64,000 nt of DNA, from contig NC_042998.1 in NCBI RefSeq assembly GCF_006345805.1, forward strand, positions 87,172,001-87,236,000. Reading direction: 5' to 3'. Below the pieces are notes generated by a model, which ran no database searches, was not told where the DNA came from, and saw only the letters and a list, made by a program, of their open reading frames with translations. This stretch comes from Octopus sinensis (taxonomy: Eukaryota). Positions 39,641 through 51,146 of this stretch are shown here, in pieces. The stretch's first letter is position 1. Every line of letters starts with the position of its first letter. The translations under genes were made by a program, and so were the position numbers.

Positions 39641-41395
39641 TGTATATGGAGTTGTCAGATAAATTTGTTTGTTTTTCACCATCTATTTTTATCTTAATTT
39701 TCACCAGTAATTTTAATAGATCAATGATTTCTACTATCAAGGCATTGACAAGGCAGTGGAATATTGGCAAGAAATTATGGACTATGAAGGAGTATATACT
39801 ACTGATTTATCTATTAAAATTGTTGATGCAAAATAAGAGCTTAAATAAATGTTATGTTACATGGTGACAAAAGATAAACATTAAATGTAGAAGTTGGGAA
39901 AAGAACAGAACATGCATACTTTACTGGACATGTAATGTTAGTGTACATGAATGATGGAGGACAAATTAGTTGGAGGACAATTAGTTAGATATAAAAGGAA
40001 TTGGGTGTATTTTGCAAGAAGACTGAAATTTTATGTATGTCGAGGATGATAGTTAGGGAAAGAGGTTCAAAGTAATCTAAATTGAAGAAACCTACAGAAG
40101 AGGAAAACATAATTGATAGTGGTGAAAGAGGTTGAATGTTACTCAGAAGATGACAAAGGACTACGACAAGTGGCAAGTAGCCATACTGGAGAATATCTGT
40201 CTAACCCATACAAATATTCTTTAATTCTTTTACTTGTTTTTATTACTAGTAATTATTCTATCAGTCTCTTTAGCCAAACCACTAAGTTATGGGGTAAACA
40301 CACCAACATCGGTTGTCAAGCGATGCTGGGGTGGGAGGGGACAAATACAGACACACACAAATATATGCATTTGTATATATATATATGTAATGATAAGGGT
40401 TTTATTAGTAAACATTATTATGAACTTGTTGGGGTCAGCAGATGCAATGATAAGAGTTTGTTATTATTGCATATTGTAAGATGTGAAAGATGAAAAATGC
40501 ATGAAGTTTTAAAGAAATATTTATTTACCATTACAATACAATACCTTGCCTCTACGGGCAGGTTATAATAAATCCAAAAGCATGCGAAGTAAAGTTTGTG
40601 TTTGTGTCCTCTTCATTGTTTAGTAGTAAATACAGAGAGAGATAGAATGATGTTTTGAGAGAACAGAATTAGAGCTAGTGAGAATTGTAGGGTGTGGAAC
40701 ATTGTCTCACGTGTTGCTGACAGTAAACTTCATTTCACCCTCTGACCAAGGCTGGTTAGCCAGACCTCGTTGAGTCATCACTGACTGTGACTAACTGATT
40801 TTTGCTTGGGGTATGCTTGCTTATATAACTATCCAGAAGGATAGATATATCATTGAGAACAATAGATTTAGTTGGTGGTCTTGTTATCTCTATTCTAGCT
40901 TTTGGTGAAGTAGAAGAAGTTAGAAAGGGTCAAGTGGTGAAGACATTATTTCAGCCTACCCAAAGGCATCTCGAAAATGTAAAACTGCTGTGAGAGAAAA
41001 ATCATTGTTCCATCATGGGAAAAGTTCCGGACTGAATCCGGAACCATGTGGTTGGGAAGCAAGCTTATTACCACACAACCATTCAAAATGGACATAAAAT
41101 TATGAGAATGATGAGGATTTTCAACATGTAGGTGTCTGCATTTGGAGATGACTAAGTTATCTTTTATCCTTTATCTTATCTTTTATTTGCTTCAGTCATT
41201 GAGCTGCAGCCATGCTTGAGTACCACTTTGGAGGGTTTTAATTGAACGGCTAACCCCCAGTAATACTTTTCTAATTTTTGCACTTATTCTAGTAGATTCT
41301 TTTGCCAAACTGCTAGGTTATGGGGTTGAAATCAAGCTAACTCTGAATGTCACAGACACGACATACGCACATAGATATATATATGTGTATATGTA

Positions 41396-41444
<49 letters not shown>

Positions 41445-41457
41445 TCACATGAAGACA

Positions 41458-41725
41458 TGAAGTGCATGGCTCAGTGGTTAAGGTGTTGCACTCATGATTG
41501 CAAAATCATGAATTCAATTCCGAGACTGGGCATTGCATTGTGTTCTTGAGCAAAGCACTTCATTTCACATTGTTCTGCAATTACTTTGGCATCTAACATG
41601 TGGGACCCCATTGCCCCTATACAGGTAATGTCAAGTTGATAGAGGGAGTGACCTTATGTCTACACAAACATTTGATCACTATAAACAAATCATCTGTGTG
41701 GTTGTTCTGTAAGAAATTCTCAAAC
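41458..41725 (+). mobile_element. tRNA-head SINE of a second family. Related copies at about 2000-2260, 12190-12340 and 57045-57370; tails at about 1360-1470 and 9170-9330
   Basis: tggctcagtggttaagg A-box, gaattcaattcc B-box-like, then tgtgttcttgagcaaagcactt, repeated in the other copies. Confidence 0.7.
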
Positions 41726-41775
41726 CCTTATACATTGTCTAACATCATAATATATATTCAGTATTTGCAAAAACA

Positions 41776-44758
41776 GTAAATGGAGTATAAGGAAAGGAAA
41801 AAATTGTAAGTGTTGATGAACTTTAATTCAATTTAAATCCAAGTTGGTACAGAACCAATATACATTCTACAAATTGTTTCAGAGTCTAATTAATTCCAAA
41901 GACAAAGATGAAAAACTCTTCATGAAATACAAATTAGATTCCTCATCATAAATTACATACTGGTGTGAATGATTACGACCAACAAAAATATACAAAAACC
42001 TTTCGTAGCTCAGACGTGAACAAATAAATGAAAGATACATCAGTTATTCAAAACTAGAAATATATATATATGTCCTTATTTAAAATTAGTAATATAGTAA
42101 AATCAAACAAAAATAAAAAAACAAATCTTTTGTTTACAAAATAGCCTTCTACAAGTAAAACAGTAGAATGGCTATAGAGAGAGAGTAGTCTCAGTGAAGT
42201 GAGAGGAGAGAAAAAGTAATGCAGTGAAAGGGAGGCGGGGAGAGTAATAGCCATGACTGAGAGAGTGAGAGAATGTAATGACTGTTTGAGAAAGAAGAAC
42301 GCAGAGTGTATCTTCTGTTCTCAATATATGAATGAGAAAGGAATGGGCAAATAAAGTAAAAGATAGCCATGCAACCCTGTGCATGTATATGTTTTAAACA
42401 AGGCCCTAATATATGCTAAGTGTTATTCTGAATTAAGTATGGATGAAATTAAGATCATTCTGAAGATCTCTTATTGAATTTGAGAATAAGTTTTGGATTA
42501 GGAAGGATAGTTATGACGGCTTTGATATTCTCATGGGGGCTGGGAATTTCACCAAGGTTACGGATATTGGAGGTATTTACATTTTGTTTAAGTTAAGGTG
42601 TGAGTTTCTAGAACTTGAAGGGGGTATATACTGGGACGACTCTTTGTTCACTGTTAAGAATGTTACAAATAGGAAATTGGATCTATATAGAAAGAAGTTT
42701 CACTGTTTTTTTAGAGTTAGCTTCGGTTTATCTATCACTATAGTAAATGAGCATGAATCTGTCAACTTTCTAGATGTTAACTTCAATTTAATTACTGATG
42801 TTTCCAAACCTTATCATAAGCCTAACTCTAATCTGAAATATATTAATTCAGAAAGTAATCATCCAAGCTTTGTTAAAAAATTTCTAATTTACAATATCTC
42901 TAGAAGAATTTCTGGATTATCTTCTTGTAAGGCTGGTTATAATAAGAAAATTGAAAATCTAAATACTTCTAACAATGATTATACGGATAAATCGAAACTT
43001 ACTAGTTATGGTTATGGATTCAACTTTAAATGTCTGAAATCTTAACGGAAATGTAAATATGAATCAGGAAGTAGGCATAACTACTGTGAGAGTAACCTTT
43101 TAATTCCAGATATTAATGTTCACAAATATAAATATAATTCTGTGATAAAAGGTTATAATTCTAAGTTAGTCTATAAGGTTATTCTAATTTAGTTTTGGAC
43201 AAGAGTAACATTATTTCGTTTGTTATTCCCTATGCCAGTCAATTAAAAAATAACTTAGTTGGGGTGGTGTATAAAATGTTTTTAAAGCACCTCAATAAAA
43301 AAAAGTAGATATGAGATTTTGAATCCAAGATCCATTAAAATTGCTTTTTCAGTCTCTAGGAATCTATTTCAGACTATTTTTTCTATTAATGAAAAGAAAT
43401 TATCCAGTTTTTATCTTTGAGATGACTTAGTTAATACTAGCATGACTGATTCCATGAGTACCTATGCTAATGATTTTCCTAGTAGCCAGTTTGACAGGGA
43501 TGGTTTGAATTCTATTTCTAATATAAGTTTCAATAATATTAGAGGTAATAGCCTTTAACTTAATGATATTTCAATTGATGAAGGTGCAAATAGGGGTGAG
43601 AATTCTGTTTGTGATTGTAAAAACATAAAAAATTCTTTATTTGGTAATTTTTGTAAGTGTAGGGAAGTCGTCTGTCAAGCTAAAGTTATTTTTGAAGATA
43701 ATAATTACTTTTATATTGGTTCTTCTGCTAATTATATTAAGAAAAGGGTTTCAAATAATTACTATTCCTTTTGGAACAGAAATAGGGCTTCTTCTACTAG
43801 TCTTAGTAATTTCATCTGGAATCTTAAAGATAATAATAAAATGTACTTTATTGAATGGAGCAATTTAGGGGTGGCCCTGGCTTATAGGATTGGTAATAGG
43901 TTCTGCTCTCTTTCTTCTGAGGAATTATTTTTAATTCTATTTTCTAGAAGAAGGCTGCTAAACTCTAAGTCTGAAAGGGGTTTTTTCTGTGTTCATAAGT
44001 ATAAATGCATGTTTAAAAATTCTAGATAAGGTTGTCTGTTATAAGTGTTTTATTAGATGATTTAGTGGTTTTTTGTGAGCTTGATAATTTGGGTTTCACC
44101 CTTTGGTTTTTTACTACTCTAATTGGTTCCTCTAGCTTGGTTCGTTTTTAATTAAATTTTTAAGATATTGTGAGTATTTTAATTTTGGTCCATCTGTGTT
44201 TGTGAGATGGTGGATTTTTACATTTAATTCATTTAATTATCTTACTACAATTTTGTTATTTCTATATTTATTTATTAGCCGATCCTGTGCCATTTATAAT
44301 TGCTGGCTAACTGTTATTTAAACAAGATACAAAATGAAGCACAGAACAATCACAGATACTAGCATTCAAAAATTTCCCAATCACACACATACACATACTC
44401 AAGCATAATTGCTATGATCTCAGTTTTTATCTTCCATTATGCATGCATGGAAACGTTTCCATTACACACGCACACACTCACATTCCCACACACACACAGA
44501 CATGCACATGCATATACACACAAATATTCACATACATCCCTTTTTCATATACACATGTATACACATATACTCATACAGAGTTACATGGCTGTCTTTTACT
44601 TTATTTGCCCCTTCCTTTCTCATTCATATGTTGAGAACAGAAGATACACTCCACGTTCTTCTTTCTCAAACAGTCATTACATTCTCTCACTCTCTCAGTC
44701 ATGGCTATTACTCTCCTTGCCTCCCCTTCACTGTATTACTTTTTCTCTCCTGCTACTA

Positions 44759-44804
<46 letters not shown>

Positions 44805-45215
44805 AGCCATTCTACTGTTTTACTTGTAGAAAGCTATTTTGTAAACAAATGATTTGTTTTTTATTTTCATTTTCGTTTGATTTTACCATATTACTAAGTT
44901 TAAATAAGGACATATATATATATATATATTTATAGTTTTGAATATCTGGCATATCTTTCATTTATTTTTTCATGTCTAGGCAACGAAAGGTTTTTGTATA
45001 TTTTTGTTGGTCGTAATCATTCATACCTGTATGTAATTCATGATGAGGAATCTAATTTGTATTTCATGAAGAGTTTTTCATCTTTGTCTTTGGAATTAAT
45101 CAGACTCTGAAACAATTTGTAGAATGTATATTGGTTCTGTACCAACTTGGATTTGAATTGAATTAAAGTTCATCGACACTTACAATTTTTTTCCTTTCCT
45201 TATACTTCATTTACT
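41776..45215 (+). mobile_element. Decayed Penelope-like element of a second type, with a ~620-bp inverted copy of its 3' end at the 5' side
   Basis: GGIYWDDSLF, VNFLDVNFNL, KPYHKPNS, SNHP, linker FVIPY..FLKHL..IKIAFS, GIY-YIG-like CDCK..CREVVCQAKV..FYIGSS, C-terminal RFCSLSSEE..LLNSKSE..CVH; 41776-42390 is the reverse complement of about 44570-45215. Confidence 0.85.
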
Positions 45216-46451
45216 ATATATATGTATGTATATATATATATATATATACACACAACAGATTTCCACACAGTTTCTTATTTCTTTACTGCCCACAAGGGGC
45301 TACACGCAGAGGGAATAAACAAGGATAGATAAATGGATTAAGTCGATTATATCCACCCCAGTGCATAACTGATACTTAATTTATCAAGCGCGAGAGGATG
45401 AAAAGCAAAGTCGACCTCAGTGGAATTTGAACTCAGAAGGTAACGGCAAACGAAATACCACTAAGAATTTTGCCCGGCGTGCTAATGTTTCTGCCAGCTT
45501 GCTGCCTTTCTACACAGTTTCTGTCAACCAGCTTCCCTAATGAGGTATTGATCAGCCTGTGGCTATAATAAAGGAGATATAATCTTAGTGCCATGTTGTG
45601 GGACTGAACTTAAAACCATGTGGCTACAGAGTAAGTGAGCTTCTTAACCATGCAGTTATATAACCTTTCATTGATTTACAAATTTAAAAATAGACTCATA
45701 TTTACTACTCAGTGAATTGAAATCTTTTATCAAGGATAGCCATTAGTGTACAGCAAGACACACAATGCACAACCTTTAAATGATACTAATAGAGATTTCT
45801 TCCCCTGAAGTTGCTGGTTTTATACCAATATTTGAAACCCTCTTCATTATTATTATTATCACAGTTTTGATATGTTCTTTTGGAGCCCTGTGAATCTGAA
45901 AGAATTTTATACAAAAATTGGTGAATATGAGAAAAATTAACTTGCATGATTTTATGCTATGTCATAGCTTTCACTAGGCATATGTTTTTGTCATAATAAT
46001 ATGGTGTCTGAGATTGATGGCTTTTATGTCCTACCCAAAGTGAGGTTATGTCTGCAAAGTGTATCAGGAATGTTCTGCTCTGTATGTGTTTGGCAGAATC
46101 TGAAATGGTAACTTAGATACCTGTTTGGATTGTGTGGGAGAAACTGAAAGAAATAAAGCATGGAAAAATCACACCAATCAGTTGATATAGTTGCAACTGT
46201 CTGACAGATGCTGAATATATTTCACAAGTAGACTAATGTGGTCATGGAAAAATCATAATGGGATTTATCATAGGATATTTATTAACTTTAGCTGATAAAG
46301 ATTTAGTAGGGTATGTGAAATTCTAGATGGTTAGCTGTAAAGACCATCATTTTTGGGTTTGTATTGTTAACTTACATAAGACTTTTTAGATAGTGATCAG
46401 CCATTGGCAGTTGAATGAATCTTGATATATATATAAATACATATATGTATG

Positions 46452-46488
<37 letters not shown>

Positions 46489-46751
46489 ATATATATATAC
46501 ATATATATGTATGCATGTATGTATATATATGTATATGTATATCAATCTATTTATCTATCTATATCTATATATATTGAAAAATAGGATAAAATCTTTATAA
46601 GAATTTATCAAATAGTTAGCGTTAAAAACCTGATAAGGGAAAAATTTATTAATTATTCCTTTTAAATAGATTTATTTATATTAAGGGCATTACTATACAT
46701 AAATGTCTCATGCTAGGAGGGACTCTTAAAGTCAAAACTACCATAATAAAC

Positions 46752-46943
46752 ACATTGTACTGAACACGAGGGACTGCAACTCTCTAAGTAAGCTGTTTAA
46801 AACCAGATTCAGCACTTAATTTTTGCACTAATTATGAAATCATATGATCTGCAGCTGAATCTGGTTTTAAAGGGCTCGCTTCAAGAGTTGCATTCCCTCG
46901 CGTTCGGTACAATGTCTTTACTACCAATTATACTGGTAGTAAA
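46752..46943. repeat. 62-bp inverted repeat with 40-nt spacer, followed by a perfect 10-bp hairpin
   Basis: Arms 46752-46813 and 46854-46915 (about 9 mismatches); TTTACTACCA attatac TGGTAGTAAA at 46917-46943. Confidence 0.85.
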
Positions 46944-46997
46944 ATGGATATCTTTATCCCTTAGATGGTTATTCCAACTTCTCTACTAACACACACA

Positions 46998-47035
<38 letters not shown>

Positions 47036-47212
47036 TAGAGTGTTTGAAGAGGTGTACAGTTATTGTACATCAAGAAGAATGAGGCAGCCAGTTTGGATAA
47101 TTCGTTATTAATGCTTTCATTCATTTAATTGAGCTCTTCACGATAAACTAATTTTATCTAATGTCAGTCTTTCATACAACATATATACATCACATATATA
47201 TATATATATATA

Positions 47213-47246
<34 letters not shown>

Positions 47247-47247
47247 A

Positions 47248-47680
47248 GTGAAGTATATTTGCCACTTAAATGTGGCTAACCCCTAAGGGTTGATGCTACT
47301 GTAGCTTGTAGCCTCAGGAGGACACCTCCTCCAGCTGGCTATTGACACACTTTCAGTGCCCTATCAGTATTTGCAAAGGGAAGCCATCCTTCCCGTCTTC
47401 AACCAATGATACACATGGACTCACGTTTCTGGGTATTGACCCGTCATCAGCATGTGACAATCATGAGTTGTTGATGAAAAGTAGGCCTCCCTTTGCAAAT
47501 ATATATCCTTTTTCCAGTGACGAAATGTCACTGATATCGAAAAAGTGTAAACTGCAAATACTGATAAGGCACAGAAAGTGTGTCAATAGCCAGCTGGAAG
47601 AGGTGTCCTCCTGGGGCTACAACGTACAGTAGTATCCACCCTTAAGAGTTAGCAACATTTAAGTGGCAAATATACTTCAC
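47248..47680 (-). mobile_element. 433-bp non-coding fold-back element with ~128-bp inverted arms and a central hammerhead
   Basis: 47248-47375 pairs with 47553-47680; inner 18-bp inverted repeat 47368-47385 / 47484-47501; a decayed copy of the arm lies at about 1081-1158. Confidence 0.85.
47412..47456 (-). ncRNA. Type I hammerhead ribozyme with intact core
   Basis: Minus strand: CACATG CTGATGA CGGGT caat ACCCA GAA AC gtga GT C CATGTG. All conserved core nucleotides are present, GUC triplet, 6-bp stem I; the first stem II pair is C-A. Confidence 0.88.
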
Positions 47681-47740
47681 AATGTGTTGCAGCTACTGTT
47701 TATACTTCCCTCAGAGATTTATTATTGCTTATATATATAT

Positions 47741-48040
47741 ATATTACAAATAAGAAAATGGAGAAACACATTAGTTGGTTTATCAGCTTTAGGATATTAG
47801 AATGTTGACTTATTTATTTATCAAAACGGCAACCATAATAACATACATATATACAGTATAAAATTCAATACATATAAGATAAGAATACAAGCAGCTATTA
47901 AAAATATATTAATATAAATTATTAAAATCATTAAAATCACTTACAGCTGTTTCAGTCTGTCGTTTTGATAAGTCAACATTCTAATATCCTAAAGTTGATA
48001 AACCAGTTAAATAGTTTCTCCATTTTCTTATTTGTAATAT
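47741..48040 (-). mobile_element. 300-bp fold-back PLE-like end containing the 3' half of a hammerhead
   Basis: Arms 47741-47828 and 47961-48040; minus strand carries GAAACAGCTGTAAG at 47953-47940 as in the 34765 HHR; terminal ttctccattttcttat is shared with about 35115-35130. Confidence 0.75.
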
Positions 48041-48206
48041 AAATTAATGGTAAAACATTTCTTTACCTTCACCCATTTAATACAATAAGTTTATTGCATT
48101 GCAAATATAAACACTTGTGTATTAATAATTCGGGTATTATACCAACAGCATATTGGATAAGTATTATCCCTTAGTGTGTTGGATCTACAACCCCTAACTT
48201 ACTTGG

Positions 48207-48283
<77 letters not shown>

Positions 48284-48583
48284 CATACATACATATATAC
48301 ATACATATATAAAGGAAACTTTAGTTGAAGCAATGATGTAACCATGATGTTCTGGTGATCTGATGAGCTAGCCTTCTTTATCTTCTCTGATTTGTAAATG
48401 TACAATTGTACTGTACAATGCATAGCAAACATATTGATACAGACATGTAAAGTAATTTATTATACACTTAAATCATAACTACAAGAAGAAGTCTGTGAAA
48501 CTGCTGTAACAAGGGTTTAAATATATTCACCTCTCATACCTCCCGACTTTTTATTGTTTATATATTTATATCATCATCAGATA

Positions 48584-48763
48584 TTATTTACAATTGATGG
48601 ATATTTGACCTCCTCTTACTTGTTGCTAACACAATGTTTTGGCTGATATACCCTCCAGACTTCATCAGGTGTCTTGGGGAAATTTTGAACCTGAGCATAT
48701 GGCGTAGTGGTTTAAAGCATGGGCTACTAACCCAAAGATTCCAAGTACAATTCCAGGCAGCGA

Positions 48764-48862
<99 letters not shown>

Positions 48863-49009
48863 CATCGAAAAATAGCATAGGAATGAGAACCCAGGTTTCA
48901 AAATTTCCCCAAGACACCTGATGAAGGCTGGAGGGTATATCAGCCGAAACGTGCTAACAACAAACAAGATGAGGAAAAATATCTGTCAATTGTAAATAAT
49001 GTAAATAAT
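48584..49009 (+). mobile_element. Composite element: inverted tail copy + tRNA-like head + (TAA)n + HHR-bearing tail
   Basis: Arm 48584-48693 is the reverse complement of 48892-49000; A-box TGGCGTAGTGG 48700-48710; B-box-like GTACAATTCC 48745-48754; (TAA)n about 48768-48860; GACAC CTGATGA A GGCTG..CAGCC GAAACGT at 48913-48952. Confidence 0.85.
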
Positions 49010-51105
49010 ATACATAGATATACTTATAGGAACTCCATTATAATGAGGATTACCTTTCTCCATGTAAGAATTATATTATATTCTAGTATATACTAGTATA
49101 TACCAGAAGTAAATTGAAACTCAAAATTTTAGATACTAGAGTTTTCACTAATTTATTCACTGTCTAATCTAAATCTGTAGTAGTCTTCTTACTATTTGCT
49201 GTTCTTAATAAAGAAAGGAAACTTATAACTGATGTCTTCCGGGATAACATTTCTGACCGTTCCTTCTAACACATAGAGAGCTTTTGCAATTGACCTCATG
49301 AACTTTCTGGGATTGTAATCAATGGTCTTTTGAAGTTGCTGGATAAATTCAGGTGTTCTGATGATTTCAGTGCCTTTAGAATGCTTTTTATGCTTTGATA
49401 CTGGTGATACGTTACCATCTTCAGTCTCAAACTCCTTTCAAACCTTGTAGACGAAAGATCTGACAACTTTTAAAAGTCAAGATATTTCTAAATTGCTATG
49501 TTCAGCCTTTATAACCACAATAATAGCATGCCTCTTCATTTCTGGAGTAATCTGAGGGTCTACCATTATTATTTTCTGAAACAAAGATTATACAGAGTTA
49601 GCAAAAAATGCAATAATGACCCAAAAATGATGTCCTCAAATACCTTATGCATTAAGTACAAAAGTGAAATAGAACAACGATTGGAGCTTTACCTGGTATT
49701 TCTTTGATGTTTTGAGGTTAGATGCCCATCATCTGCACATGTGGTTAAATGGGATTTGGAATAAAGCTATTATTGTTGCTCAGATATTTTTAGTTAACCA
49801 CATGTCTAATTTAAAGTTATCTAACTATCTATCTATCTGTCTGTCTGTCTGTCTATCTGTCTGTCTGTCTATCTGACTGTCAGTCTGTTTGTCTGTCTGT
49901 CTATACATACATACATACATACATACAGATTTTGTCTTTTATCTTTTATTTGCTTCAGTCATTAGACTGTGGCCATGCTGGGGCACCGCCTTGGGGAATT
50001 TTAGTTGAACTAATTGAACTCAGTATTTCTTTTCTTTTTCTTTTTTCTCTTCTTTTAAGGCCTCATACTTATTTTATCAGTCACTTTTGCTAAACTGCTA
50101 AAAGGAATTAAACAGACCAGCACCAGTTGTCAAGCAGTGGTGGTGGACAATCACAGGCACAAACACACACACACACACACATGCACACACACACACAACA
50201 GGCTTCTTTCAACAAGGCTTTTGGTCAGTATGAAGCAGTAGTAGAAGACCCTTGTGTAAGCTGCCATGCAGTGGGACTGAACTCAGAACCATGTGATGGG
50301 GAAGCAAACTTCTTACTATACAGCCATGCCTTCTTTCATCCTGATGATAGCTTTGCTAACTGAAACTTCAAAGTCAATGTCAGTACTATTCTTGTTAAAG
50401 AATAATAATTTCATACTCTACAAAAAGTATTGAATATGGCATGCCTCAATAGCCACTACAGAGGTTTCCCAGTACCCCCAAGTTTTCAACCTAAGGTGGT
50501 GAATTGTTTTGGTTTTTTTTCCTCTTCTTTCTTTCTCTCTTTTTCTTCTTTTTAATTTTTTCAGTTGTGTTCTCTGTTTTGTCCAATTTCCTAATTTAAT
50601 TTTCTAAAAGTAGTGAGGATTATCGAAATACATACATCCATATTTAGTCTTGAATTAAGTTACAACTTGAAAGTGTTATCTCTCATGGCAGTAGTCAATG
50701 AAATAATGAAGTTTTATCTTTCAGTTTAATGAAAAATTGTTTATTTTATTACATAGCACGTAAACAAACATTATGTGTGTGTGTGTGTGTGTGTAGATAC
50801 TCTTCTGACTTTTGGTAATCTGTATTCTTCTATCCTTTAACTTGTTTCAGTCATTTGACTGTGGCCTTGCTGAAGCACCACCTTTAGTCGAGCAAATTTA
50901 CCCCAAGACTTATTCCTTGTAAGCCTAGTACTTATTCTATTGGTCTCTTTTGCCAAACTGCTAAGTTATGGGCACGTAAACACGCCAGTGCTGGTTGTCA
51001 AGTGATGTTGGGGGGACAAGCACAGACACACAAACATATACACACACATGCATACATACACACACATATATATATATATATAAACAAAGATAAATGCGAT
51101 ACAAT

Positions 51106-51140
<35 letters not shown>

Positions 51141-51146
<6 letters not shown>

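Noticed and set aside
43600-44029. Possible selenocysteine (UGA) use, reported for some Naiad PLEs
   Set aside because: No in-frame TGA at the cysteine positions I could align, and the copy is too decayed to judge.
45040-45130. HHR-like pieces (ATGATGAGG, ATGAAGAG, GAAAC) in the second PLE tail
   Set aside because: No single register gives core, stem I and stem II together in either copy.
48693-48766. tRNA gene
   Set aside because: It has A/B boxes but an incomplete cloverleaf and a mutated B box, and is embedded in a repeat; treated as a SINE head.
48588-48967. ORFs with poly-Ile/poly-Leu, and the many MCVCV, YIYI, HTHT and poly-Asn/Asp ORFs across the window
   Set aside because: These are translations of (TAA)n, (TG)n, (TA)n and (ATG)n microsatellites, which lack stop codons in some frames.
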